Below are positions 27,030 through 35,337 of a stretch of 64,000 nucleotides of DNA, one piece after another; the stretch's first letter is position 1, and each line of letters starts with the position of its first letter. Under the pieces are notes generated by a model that was not told the origin of the DNA, ran no database searches, and was given only the letters and a program-made list of their open reading frames with translations. The translations under genes and the position numbers were made by a program. The DNA is taken from the IMG/VR virus record IMGVR_UViG_3300046733_001096, positions 14,947 to 78,946 of that record, one strand, 5' to 3'. The stretch is from a virus.

Positions 27030-27401
27030 CTAATAATTCATTTGTGATTCAGTTGAGTTGTATTCTGCCTCTGTTATAGTCTCGATGTCACTTATTACTA
27101 AATATTCATCAAATGATTGCAATAACATTGTTAGATCATAATGCATAGCAGATGCGTGATTCTCATATCGGTAGTAATTGGTCTGGACAACCCTACAACC
27201 GTCATCTATTCTGGTAGTTTTTCTATTATCACTAGTTTCAAGCTCTTCTTCATCAGCTAGCCGATCTAACAGTTTAGTGAACTTAGGTAAACCAATTTTT
27301 TCTTCAAACCACACCAGGTATTGGTCATGTGTTTTTCCATCGGGGTAATCTATTGTAACTGTAAATTTATATGCCATTTTTGTTTTCCTTTTGTTCATCA
27401 T
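27030..27401 (-). CDS. hypothetical protein (start probably MAYKF)
   Basis: Operonic ORF. Confidence 0.6.
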   Translation of the reverse strand: MMNKRKTKMAYKFTVTIDYPDGKTHDQYLVWFEEKIGLPKFTKLLDRLADEEELETSDNRKTTRIDDGCRVVQTNYYRYENHASAMHYDLTMLLQSFDEYLVISDIETITEAEYNSTESQMNY

Positions 27402-27816
27402 GCCATTTACTATATCTGTCTACTGCAAGCATAAGTGTATTATGTGTATCATCAAACCAATCTTGAACACGATAGTCTATATTAATTGGTGGTTGAAATA
27501 TTTGATTAGTATCATCATATATGCTTTCTTTGATGGTGTCCATCCATACTACGAAATCTGCATTAAATGCTTTTCTATTTTCATCCAATGGACAGATAAA
27601 GTCTGCAACAACAGTTTTTCCGGCAAGTTCAATTCCATCTGCTAAATGACGCATACGTTCTGCTTGTCGTATACGTCCTTGTATACTAAAGTCCCAATCA
27701 TCATACATTGTTCGCACATTATCTGCATTTAGCCATACTCCATTAATTAGTTTTGAAAAGGGTTCGGCCAACGTCGATTTGCCACTTCCTGGTAATCCAC
27801 AAATTAATATTTTCAT
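27367..27816 (-). CDS. adenylylsulfate kinase-like P-loop kinase
   Basis: GLPGSGKST, NAD.VR, DFS..GR.RQA.RM, ADFICP. Confidence 0.75.
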   Translation of the reverse strand: MKILICGLPGSGKSTLAEPFSKLINGVWLNADNVRTMYDDWDFSIQGRIRQAERMRHLADGIELAGKTVVADFICPLDENRKAFNADFVVWMDTIKESIYDDTNQIFQPPINIDYRVQDWFDDTHNTLMLAVDRYSKWHDEQKENKNGI

Positions 27817-27831
27817 ATGTTATTATATCCA

Positions 27832-27878
27832 AAAAAGTAAAATGGTCTGAACATTGTTCTGAACATTGTTCAGACCAT
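27832..27878 (-). terminator. terminator with 12-bp stem and internal tandem duplication
   Basis: ATGGTCTGAACA...TGTTCAGACCAT followed by a T-rich tail. Confidence 0.7.
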
Positions 27879-27884
27879 CATTTA

Positions 27885-28235
27885 TTATTTTCCTTTGTTT
27901 ACGAAATTGTAAAATTGTTGCGCTGCTTCAAGAATTTGTTCTGTTCCTGGAACTTCTGGCATTTCTACCTTTGTCACAACTTCATCGTGCTCTTTTCGAA
28001 CAGATGTTTCAAACATGCCATATTTTGCATAATAGTCTTGCCACATTTGTGATTGTGCCATTTCTAATACTTGAGTACGAATTTCATAACCATTTTTATT
28101 AAAAGTTACTTTAGGAAGTGAAGGAGGTGTCATTTTCTGAAATGCTTCTGTAAATGCCTCTGGTTTCATTCCTGTGTTTTTGTATAAATCGCTGAATTTT
28201 TCAGCCATTTCTGTCATTTGTTTAATATCGAACAT
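27885..28235 (-). CDS. conserved phage hypothetical protein
   Basis: NGYEIRTQVLEMA...P.TEQILEAA..FYNFV; CA-rich leader. Confidence 0.7.
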   Translation of the reverse strand: MFDIKQMTEMAEKFSDLYKNTGMKPEAFTEAFQKMTPPSLPKVTFNKNGYEIRTQVLEMAQSQMWQDYYAKYGMFETSVRKEHDEVVTKVEMPEVPGTEQILEAAQQFYNFVNKGK

Positions 28236-28269
28236 ATTGTTTTCCTTTGTGTTTATGTGTGTGTGTAGT

Positions 28270-28535
28270 GTAACTATTCTGTTGCTAGGTCAGTTACCAA
28301 CCCCCACGTGCTTAAATTAAGCCGCTAATGCCATTTCTGGCGCATAATTTGCGTTTGCAATTATAAAGTTTGTTCGCGGTAACGGCGCTTACATCCCGGT
28401 AACTCCATTCATCTATCTTGTCAGTCGATCCTAGTTCAGCCCCATCAAAAGCACACTTATCTAAATGTGTTTATGGTGGAGCTGCGCGGTACTGCCCCGC
28501 GGTCCTGTCCAATCATCAAATCACTTCAACGTTAC
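28270..28535 (-). ncRNA. ssrA: circularly permuted two-piece tmRNA, alphaproteobacterial type; tag ANANYAPEMALAA at 28358-28317
   Basis: Acceptor piece comes first (T arm CGCGG-GGCAGTA-CCGCG, CAGCTCCACCA ending 28474), then a hairpin spacer, then GGGGCTG at 28443 forming the acceptor stem with G3-U70; tag frame ends LAA-stop. Ends approximate. Confidence 0.93.
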
Positions 28536-28541
28536 ATTCTA

Positions 28542-28570
28542 TTTATAACATATTTTAATAGCGTTGTCAA
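28542..28570 (-). promoter_or_regulatory. tmRNA promoter TTGACA-N17-TATAAA, whose -10 also reads as late TATAAATA
   Basis: Direct sequence. Confidence 0.75.
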
Positions 28571-28573
28571 TAG

Positions 28574-28602
28574 AAAAGGCAGTGCGTCGATTCACTGCCT
28601 TC
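28574..28602 (-). terminator. intrinsic terminator
   Basis: AAGGCAGTG...CACTGCCTT followed by Ts. Confidence 0.7.
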
Positions 28603-28607
28603 CACTA

Positions 28608-29579
28608 TTAAAGTCCGTTAGGTACAATGATATAATGAATCATCAGTACTAGTGCCACAGAAGCACCAAGTCCTACCATCATTTTACCAAAGTCTTTTGC
28701 TACTAGCGGAAACACACTCTTTGTTTTCTTCTTGCCAAAGTATGTAGCCATAGCCAACTCACGTCCTGCTAATAAGCCAACAAACACCCAAGTTGTACTC
28801 ATTGGAATGTCGTTTAGTTCTTTAAAGAAGTACAAGCACAACCAATAGAACAAGTCAATCAGCGTTGCACTGCGCACATAACGTGTGTTATGTTTCTCTA
28901 ATACAATCTGTTGTATCTTACCGCCACGTTCTCTAAACATAAAGAACAAGCCTACTACAAACACTGCACTGATAAACACCATTAAGTCAACTGGAATAAC
29001 TCTTGGTAAGAACACTGCAATATTGGCAATGTCGTGTGATAACCAAGTCCACCACAAGCCGCCTGTTGCTACCCATTGTGCAATACGCCAGTAGTTCTTG
29101 TTGCTTTCGCTAACTGGCTTTGTTTCATCGTACCATTTGCCAAAATATTTGTGTATTGTAAACCATACTACATATGCAAAGCCTGCTGCAACACCATAGC
29201 CCATGATTGATTTCATCAGCATCTTCTCAAGCACAAAGGTACTTGCGAACACAGACAACACTAGAAATGATGTTGATACTGGCACACCCATTCTAGTTAG
29301 TGCAACTAGAATAAGAGGTGCTGCTGCATGATACCATTGCACTTCTTGCCAGGGTATCTTGTTTAGTCTTCCGTAACTGATGTCTCCACCATTTACACTC
29401 CAGCCATACCATAGTGTGGCTAATAGGACAGCGGATGCTGCGATCCATAATGTTTTGTAGTTAAATCTCTCATTGTTTGATGCCATCCATGTACCGAGAG
29501 TTTGTACTGAATCATTTGCTATTACTGCATAGGCAGCAAGTAGGAACCCTGTCAGGCTCCATAAAGTGAGTGCGTCCAT
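28608..29579 (-). CDS. polytopic membrane protein, PiT-like phosphate/anion permease
   Basis: Duplicated signatures ANDSVQTLGT / HDIANI and PVSTS / PMSTT; many TM helices. Confidence 0.6.
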   Translation of the reverse strand: MDALTLWSLTGFLLAAYAVIANDSVQTLGTWMASNNERFNYKTLWIAASAVLLATLWYGWSVNGGDISYGRLNKIPWQEVQWYHAAAPLILVALTRMGVPVSTSFLVLSVFASTFVLEKMLMKSIMGYGVAAGFAYVVWFTIHKYFGKWYDETKPVSESNKNYWRIAQWVATGGLWWTWLSHDIANIAVFLPRVIPVDLMVFISAVFVVGLFFMFRERGGKIQQIVLEKHNTRYVRSATLIDLFYWLCLYFFKELNDIPMSTTWVFVGLLAGRELAMATYFGKKKTKSVFPLVAKDFGKMMVGLGASVALVLMIHYIIVPNGL

Positions 29580-29678
29580 ATTATTTCTCCTCTGCTTGAT
29601 GGCTTTACCCCATCGCTCACGTTAAAGATAGGCTCGACGTTGCCTACACATTATTTATAACATATTATAATGGTAATT

Positions 29679-30257
29679 TCAAGTGTTAAATTTATTCTTA
29701 ATAATTTCAACCACTCTGTCAGATAGAACTATCTCATAATGATTTCTATCTACTTCTGCATATTCTATATCGTCACGGCAAGTCATACTTTTACGTGTGA
29801 CAATACCATCATTCTTACCTGATATCCATGGTACATCGCCAACTGTTGTGACTACCTGAAGCCAATTACACGAAATATCAATATTACGACTGCCTCTGAT
29901 AAATCTACTATGTGTTGTAATGTCACTAAACATTTCATAGCCTGAAAAGAACTTCATAGAAGCACCCCACACAGCAATCTCACTGCCATTAAAAGGTGTT
30001 GCCAAACTAACAACATTCTTTATTGTATCAAATTCACTTTGTAAATAAGTTGCATATACACCGCCAAGACTATGTGCTATTACAAAAAATTCATCGTCTA
30101 TATTATTTAAAGTTTCCATCATTATAGCAAGATTATCAATTGCTGCAGTATATTTACTATAATTCAAATATATAGGATCTTTACAATTCAACGATTTCTG
30201 AATGAAGGCAAAACTTCGTTCACTTGCAGTTGCACCATGTATATACACTATTCTCAT
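29679..30257 (-). CDS. alpha/beta hydrolase
   Basis: YIHG, AHSLGG, LATPFNGS, NDGIV, NHYE. Confidence 0.85.
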   Translation of the reverse strand: MRIVYIHGATASERSFAFIQKSLNCKDPIYLNYSKYTAAIDNLAIMMETLNNIDDEFFVIAHSLGGVYATYLQSEFDTIKNVVSLATPFNGSEIAVWGASMKFFSGYEMFSDITTHSRFIRGSRNIDISCNWLQVVTTVGDVPWISGKNDGIVTRKSMTCRDDIEYAEVDRNHYEIVLSDRVVEIIKNKFNT

Positions 30258-30261
30258 TCAT

Positions 30262-30957
30262 TCAAGTCCTGATAATGTTATGCTTGCGATCCATAAACAT
30301 CTTTGCTGTTTCAACTGCTACTGCTGCATCCCTGCAATACGCATCTGCGCCAATTGCTTTTCCAAATTCTTCATTCAATGGAGCACCTCCTACTAATATA
30401 GTATAATCATCACGCATACCCTTTTCAGTCATTACATCAATAACAACCTTCATATATGGCATCGTTGTTGTAAGTAACGCACTCATACCTAATATATCTG
30501 GATTATGTTCTTCAATTGCATCAAGGTAAGCCTGTACATCATTATTAATACCAATGTCATATACATCAAACCCAGCACCTTCCATCATCATGCCAACTAG
30601 ATTTTTGCCAATGTCATGTATGTCACCTTTAACTGTACCGATAACCATAGTTCCAACTTGTGGTGCACCAGTCTCAGCAAGAAGCGGTTTGAGAATAGAC
30701 ATTCCACCTTTCATTGCATTTGCTGCTAGTAATACTTCTGGAACAAATAATATACCATCACGGAAGTCTATGCCCACAATAGTCATTCCAGCAACTAATG
30801 ATTCTGTCAATACACGATATGGTTCCCAACCACGTTCTAAAAGAATATTAGTACCGTCTTCGACTTCCTCTTTGAGTCCATCGTAGAGATCATCCCCCAT
30901 TTGAATTACAAGTTCATCATCAGATAACTCTGACAATATAATATCATCATCTTCCAT
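30262..30957 (-). CDS. stand-alone cobalamin-binding (corrinoid) protein, MetH B12-domain type
   Basis: GMTIVG.DFRDGILFVPEVL, TVKGDIHDIGKNLV, MSALLTTTM, VGGAP. Confidence 0.93.
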   Translation of the reverse strand: MEDDDIILSELSDDELVIQMGDDLYDGLKEEVEDGTNILLERGWEPYRVLTESLVAGMTIVGIDFRDGILFVPEVLLAANAMKGGMSILKPLLAETGAPQVGTMVIGTVKGDIHDIGKNLVGMMMEGAGFDVYDIGINNDVQAYLDAIEEHNPDILGMSALLTTTMPYMKVVIDVMTEKGMRDDYTILVGGAPLNEEFGKAIGADAYCRDAAVAVETAKMFMDRKHNIIRT

Positions 30958-31003
30958 TTCTGTTCCTCACTTATATAGATTATTATATCTATTTATAAGC
31001 AAT

Positions 31004-31037
31004 AAAAAAAGGGGACTGTTATAAACAATCCCCTTTT
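31004..31037 (-). terminator. intrinsic terminator after the porin gene
   Basis: AAGGGGATTGTT...AACAGTCCCC followed by T7. Confidence 0.75.
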
Positions 31038-31058
31038 ATAATTTATAACTTTATTATA

Positions 31059-31832
31059 TTAGAATGCAAAACTTAGTGTAACTGATGGTGTTACTGTTTC
31101 ATCATCTACATTATAGTTAACATCTGTTTCTACAACAACATCAGAAAAACCAAACTCATGTCCTACACCGACGTTTTCTAGTAAATCGTCTTCATCACCA
31201 TTGATATATGTTGTTAGACCATATGTACTAACAGTAGAATCTAATTCATATGCGAATGTATCTGTTTCATATGATACAGTCGTACCAAGTGCAACACCTG
31301 TAACTTCTACAGTATCAACCCGTGCACCCCAAGTATATTCTTCAGATGTGCGATTATAATCCATAGATGCAGTTACATCTGCAACTACCAAATCAACATT
31401 ATATGCAAGTTGTACATTTGACACTTCGGTAACATCAGTTGTGATATCAGTGAAACCAACTGCTACAGCGGCTGGGCCGTATGATAATGCCAATGATTCA
31501 TCAATAGTTGGTTCTGCGATTGATGAAAAGTCGGATGTTGCTTCTACAAAAATACCGTCTTGGTCACCAAATGTTACGGTTGCATCTGCAACTTCTGTGC
31601 CAACATGCCATTTATCTAGTTCGATTGTGTCACCGTCAACTGATTCAAAATCTAGTCCAAGAGTTGCTACGCCTTCGCCCGCATCAACATCAATACCGAT
31701 TGTGGTTGTTGCTTCATACTTATCAGTTGTTTCATTTTCAGCAACTTTCATTTCTACAGAAGCACCAAGATCAGCAGAAAATGAAGTTGTAGCCATTAAA
31801 ATAGTAGCTACTGTTGTTAGTAATAGTTTCAT
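31059..31832 (-). CDS. outer-membrane porin-like beta-barrel protein
   Basis: Signal peptide, alternating beta strands, C-terminal LSFAF. Confidence 0.75.
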   Translation of the reverse strand: MKLLLTTVATILMATTSFSADLGASVEMKVAENETTDKYEATTTIGIDVDAGEGVATLGLDFESVDGDTIELDKWHVGTEVADATVTFGDQDGIFVEATSDFSSIAEPTIDESLALSYGPAAVAVGFTDITTDVTEVSNVQLAYNVDLVVADVTASMDYNRTSEEYTWGARVDTVEVTGVALGTTVSYETDTFAYELDSTVSTYGLTTYINGDEDDLLENVGVGHEFGFSDVVVETDVNYNVDDETVTPSVTLSFAF

Positions 31833-31979
31833 TATTATATTTCCTTTTAAACAAAAAATATGAGCAGGTATTAACTGCTCATACTACTCTACTTATACTA
31901 ATATAATACATTTTTGCTTAATTATCAAGAGGGTATGAAACTAATACTGACGATTGTGTTATTTATATCACACCTTAAA

Positions 31980-32231
31980 TTATGCTTTTGTTTTTTTCTT
32001 TGCCTTGGGTTTTGCCTTAGATTTAGTTTTGGTGGCTATCTTTTTTGGTTTAGTAGTTGATATGATTTTTTTATCATACCAACCCCACCGTTTTAATAAT
32101 GGTTCAACCGCGTGTTTAACCTGCGAATCGTTCCAATTATATAACTTTTTGACATCATTAAAAAGTTTATCTTTATCATCATAGATATCTATCATATTAA
32201 TAATGTTTTTATCTATGTCTATCCAATTCAT
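31980..32231 (-). CDS. hypothetical protein with basic tail
   Basis: Lys-rich C-terminus. Confidence 0.6.
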   Translation of the reverse strand: MNWIDIDKNIINMIDIYDDKDKLFNDVKKLYNWNDSQVKHAVEPLLKRWGWYDKKIISTTKPKKIATKTKSKAKPKAKKKTKA

Positions 32232-32383
32232 TCAGATTTCCAGATAGTCCAGATGCCATAAGCAATCGCTGCATACGCAATTAAATCAACTGGTACAATA
32301 AGCATTGCGATCCCAGTTGCAACCAATGCAGCACCGTCGAGTGTTGTACGTTCTTTTAGTCTATTTTTAATCCAATTAATCAT
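32228..32383 (-). CDS. small 2-TM membrane protein (holin-like size and topology)
   Basis: Manual translation MINWIKNRLKERTTLDGAALVATGIAMLIVPVDLIAYAAIAYGIWTIWKSE. Confidence 0.65.
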   Translation of the reverse strand: MINWIKNRLKERTTLDGAALVATGIAMLIVPVDLIAYAAIAYGIWTIWKSE

Positions 32384-33305
32384 TTTTTTTCTCCTCTAAT
32401 AATTTATTATAAAATAGTTCTTCATCTGGACAATTATTATGTTCAATTTGAATAGTTGTATGTACTATTTTATAATTATCGATTAACAGTTTCTTGGTAT
32501 TATATATTGTATCATCACATTCGCCATCATCCAATATATTAATGTGCATAGCGGCTGAAATTTGCCCGCTTGCTAATTCCCATATATGTATATGGTGAAC
32601 ATTATTAACATGATCCACATTTGTCATAATGTCTTTTACTATAACATCAATGTCGATATGTTCTGGTTTTCCAGTCATTAGTATTCTAATACAATCTTTT
32701 AATAATTCCCATCCACTTTTTAATATTAAACTGGCAAGGACTACACTTATAATAGGATCAATATAATACCAATCAGTAAAGTATATAACAATACCACCAA
32801 TTATAGCACCGACACTGCCTAAAATATCAAGTAAGATATGAAGTATCACCCCACGCATATTGATATTGTGTCCATCATGATGATGATGCACTACTTTAAA
32901 TAATATCAAATTAACGATTAGTCCAGTGATTGCGATTGGCAACATCCAATATATATCAACCATTTCAGGATTTAATATTCTATATATTGCTTCATATATT
33001 ATATACGCAAATAGTCCTATCCACATTAACGCATTTAAAAATGCAGCAATAACTTCCGCTCTCATAAATCCATATGAGTATGTTTCAGTTGGTGGTTTGC
33101 GACCTATCCAAAATCCAAATACTGCGATAATCATTGCCAATGCGTCAGTTGAAAGATGTAATGCATCACTTAGTAATGCAAGTGAATTACTTATATGAGC
33201 ACCAAATAATTCAATGACAACAAACATTACTAAAATTAAAATGCTTATTTTTAGTGCACGTTCTTCTTTGCCTGCTTTTCTGATATGATACTGATTATGT
33301 TTCAT
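32376..33305 (-). CDS. cation diffusion facilitator (CzcD/ZitB-like) transporter
   Basis: SLALLSDALH, YSYG..RAE, HHHHDGH, HILLD, HHIHIW, HTTIQIE. Confidence 0.92.
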   Translation of the reverse strand: MKHNQYHIRKAGKEERALKISILILVMFVVIELFGAHISNSLALLSDALHLSTDALAMIIAVFGFWIGRKPPTETYSYGFMRAEVIAAFLNALMWIGLFAYIIYEAIYRILNPEMVDIYWMLPIAITGLIVNLILFKVVHHHHDGHNINMRGVILHILLDILGSVGAIIGGIVIYFTDWYYIDPIISVVLASLILKSGWELLKDCIRILMTGKPEHIDIDVIVKDIMTNVDHVNNVHHIHIWELASGQISAAMHINILDDGECDDTIYNTKKLLIDNYKIVHTTIQIEHNNCPDEELFYNKLLEEKKND

Positions 33306-34218
33306 TAGTTTTTTTCTTTATATTATATAGTTCTCTGATACCATTTTCAATACTGATAGATGGGCTCCATCCAAGAAGTTTACTTGCTTTAAATATGTCA
33401 GCAAGTGTTTCACTCGCATATCCTTTGGGTTTCTCTTGATATTCTATTTCTAGATTAGGAAAAAACTCTCGCAATATTTCAACTACTTGATTTACAGAAA
33501 CGTTTTCTCCTGTCCCCACATTAAAAATTTCACTCTTTACTTTAGATTCCATACTTGCAATACATGCACGTGCTACATCACTAACGTGTATGTAATCTCT
33601 TCTATATTCACCATCACCGTGGACTGTCAATGGTGTATTTTCATTAGCCATGCGATAAAATCTACTAATCATTAATCCATTGGTATCATCCGATGGCTGT
33701 TCATCGCCATATACTGTGAAAAAACGCAATACATTATAATTTAGTCCAAAAACGTTTTTATATTGTTTACACAATTGCTCACCAAATAACTTAGTCATTG
33801 CATAATAATTTAATGGATCAGGTTTATGAAATGGTTTATGAGGTATGGGATTATTTCCATATATACTTGATGAACTTGAAAACACAAATTTACGAATTCC
33901 CACCGCGTGTGATGCAGTCAACATATTACGTGTTCCAGTAACATTTATATCAAAATATAAGTCCGGATCAATAAAACTATCTGGTATTCGTGTCTTTGCT
34001 GCCAGATGAATAACAAAATCTTTGCCAGCAGTTGCCATTATGCACTTGGCGGCACTTTGTATGTCGCCCTTAATATACTTTACCATTTTAAAATCATTGG
34101 GCTTTTCAGCAATGTCCAAAACAGTTACTTCATAACCTTTTCTTAATAATTGCCTGACAACTTCTCTGCCCACAAAACCAGCGCCGCCAGTTACAAGAAC
34201 TTTACCTTTTGCTAACAT
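33295..34218 (-). CDS. NAD-dependent epimerase/dehydratase
   Basis: VTGGAGFVG, HLAA, SSSSIYG, YAMTK, RDYIHVSD. Confidence 0.92.
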   Translation of the reverse strand: MLAKGKVLVTGGAGFVGREVVRQLLRKGYEVTVLDIAEKPNDFKMVKYIKGDIQSAAKCIMATAGKDFVIHLAAKTRIPDSFIDPDLYFDINVTGTRNMLTASHAVGIRKFVFSSSSSIYGNNPIPHKPFHKPDPLNYYAMTKLFGEQLCKQYKNVFGLNYNVLRFFTVYGDEQPSDDTNGLMISRFYRMANENTPLTVHGDGEYRRDYIHVSDVARACIASMESKVKSEIFNVGTGENVSVNQVVEILREFFPNLEIEYQEKPKGYASETLADIFKASKLLGWSPSISIENGIRELYNIKKKTNET

Positions 34219-34400
34219 ATGAATTCTTTCTTAATTTCTTGATTCAACATATTTAGTCTATTAACGTTTGTATCATTATAACAGAATAATAACCAAATAG
34301 CAAGCATTATTTAACTTGACGGAGTGTCACAGTTGCACTACACGCATACCGAGTCTTCGCAAAATGCAGTTGTTTTTAGTGTTTTTTAGTGTTATATTAC

Positions 34401-34490
34401 TATAAATAAAAGTGTAAGATAAGCGACCTCAGCTTATAAAAAATGAGTGGCACTGGGAAAGACTAGGGTATTGCTTCCCTCAAGCATCAA
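34401..34490 (+). promoter_or_regulatory. late promoter TATAAATA followed by a putative structured 5' leader
   Basis: TATAAATA at 34401-34408; possible stems AAGCGA/TTGCTT, CTCA/TGAG, CTGG/CTAG. Confidence 0.45.
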
Positions 34491-34508
34491 ACAATTTGGA
34501 GAAACTGA

Positions 34509-34703
34509 ATGACACTAAACCTATTTAGTGCCCTAGCAAATCTTTTTGGAGGATTTCCTAATAGGGCAACAAAACGCTCAGACTTAATGACTTGGGCAAA
34601 AACAGAGTATGCACGTGATTGGGAATTTGCTTACCAATACATGCTTGATAACAGTGGCAAAGCGCCATCACACAGACACACACAAGGAATAACACATGAT
34701 TAA
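34509..34703 (+). CDS. small hypothetical protein
   Basis: SD GGAG; DLMTWAKTEY..DW.FAY motif. Confidence 0.7.
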   Translation: MTLNLFSALANLFGGFPNRATKRSDLMTWAKTEYARDWEFAYQYMLDNSGKAPSHRHTQGITHD

Positions 34704-34932
34704 TAAACTAGTAATAGCATACAAAAATTTTAGAACCGAAATGGATTATAGAAAGAAAGTTCGTACAACAATCAAAGAACTGTCTGCACTTTCAAACTAT
34801 GAACTAAATGATATCGGAATTTCACGTGGTGAAATATATAATATTGCAATCACATCATATAATAAACCAGAACGTCTAGTAGTTGAAGATATTGAAATAA
34901 CAGTAAATGAAAATCTAAGAGGGGCAGTATAA
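34696..34932 (+). CDS. DUF1127 (YjiS-like) small protein
   Basis: RTTIKELSALSNYELNDIGISRGEI. Confidence 0.88.
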   Translation: MINKLVIAYKNFRTEMDYRKKVRTTIKELSALSNYELNDIGISRGEIYNIAITSYNKPERLVVEDIEITVNENLRGAV

Positions 34933-35108
34933 TGACTACATTAGTAATGGAATATACGGTAAATCCTTTTTGGAATGCTCTTAAAGTATTTGGTCGTGGC
35001 ACATGGAACTTCTTAGAGTCAGTGGGATATGCAAGAGCCGCTGCTGAACTACATCGTCAAGGCTTCTACAAAGAAGCTAAAGACTTGATGTTAATGGACA
35101 GGAGTTGA
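34932..35108 (+). CDS. small protein (58 aa)
   Basis: Manual translation ...[26 protein letters not shown]; TAATG coupling. Confidence 0.75.
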   Translation: MTTLVMEYTVNPFWNALKVFGRGTWNFLESVGYARAAAELHRQGFYKEAKDLMLMDRS

Positions 35109-35112
35109 TACA

Positions 35113-35337
35113 ATGACAGGTGATATAGCAACTATGGGCGCAATGATTGGCGCCGGACTAGCAACATTAGGAATGGGTGGTGCTGCAATCGCAGTAGGAA
35201 TTATTGTCGGTAGTGTATTTAAAGTTATGCCTAAAAAGCCTGACAACGGAACAATGTTTATTGGTGTTGCATTTGCAGAAGCATTAGGTATCTTTGCATT
35301 CTTAGTAGCACTACTACTAATGTTTGCAGTTGTATAA
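35113..35337 (+). CDS. atpE: F0F1 ATP synthase subunit c homolog with altered loop
   Basis: IGAGLA..GMGGAA..VG and [27 protein letters not shown]. Confidence 0.9.
   Translation: MTGDIATMGAMIGAGLATLGMGGAAIAVGIIVGSVFKVMPKKPDNGTMFIGVAFAEALGIFAFLVALLLMFAVV

Noticed and set aside
28474-28505. Possible stand-alone tRNA ending in CCA
   Set aside because: No anticodon arm; its pairing partner lies downstream, as expected for a permuted tmRNA
28467-28652. Plus-strand 61-aa ORF (MFMVELRGTAPRS...)
   Set aside because: Antisense shadow of the tmRNA acceptor piece and promoter
10815-33305. Bacterial chromosome or host contamination, given the many host-like genes
   Set aside because: These genes are interleaved with phage genes, appear to share the same AT-rich composition, carry the phage promoter motifs and lack their normal operon neighbours
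34440-34475. Cobalamin riboswitch (GGCACTGGGAAAG resembles the B12 box)
   Set aside because: Remaining conserved core is absent and the downstream genes are not B12-related; kept only as an unassigned structured leader
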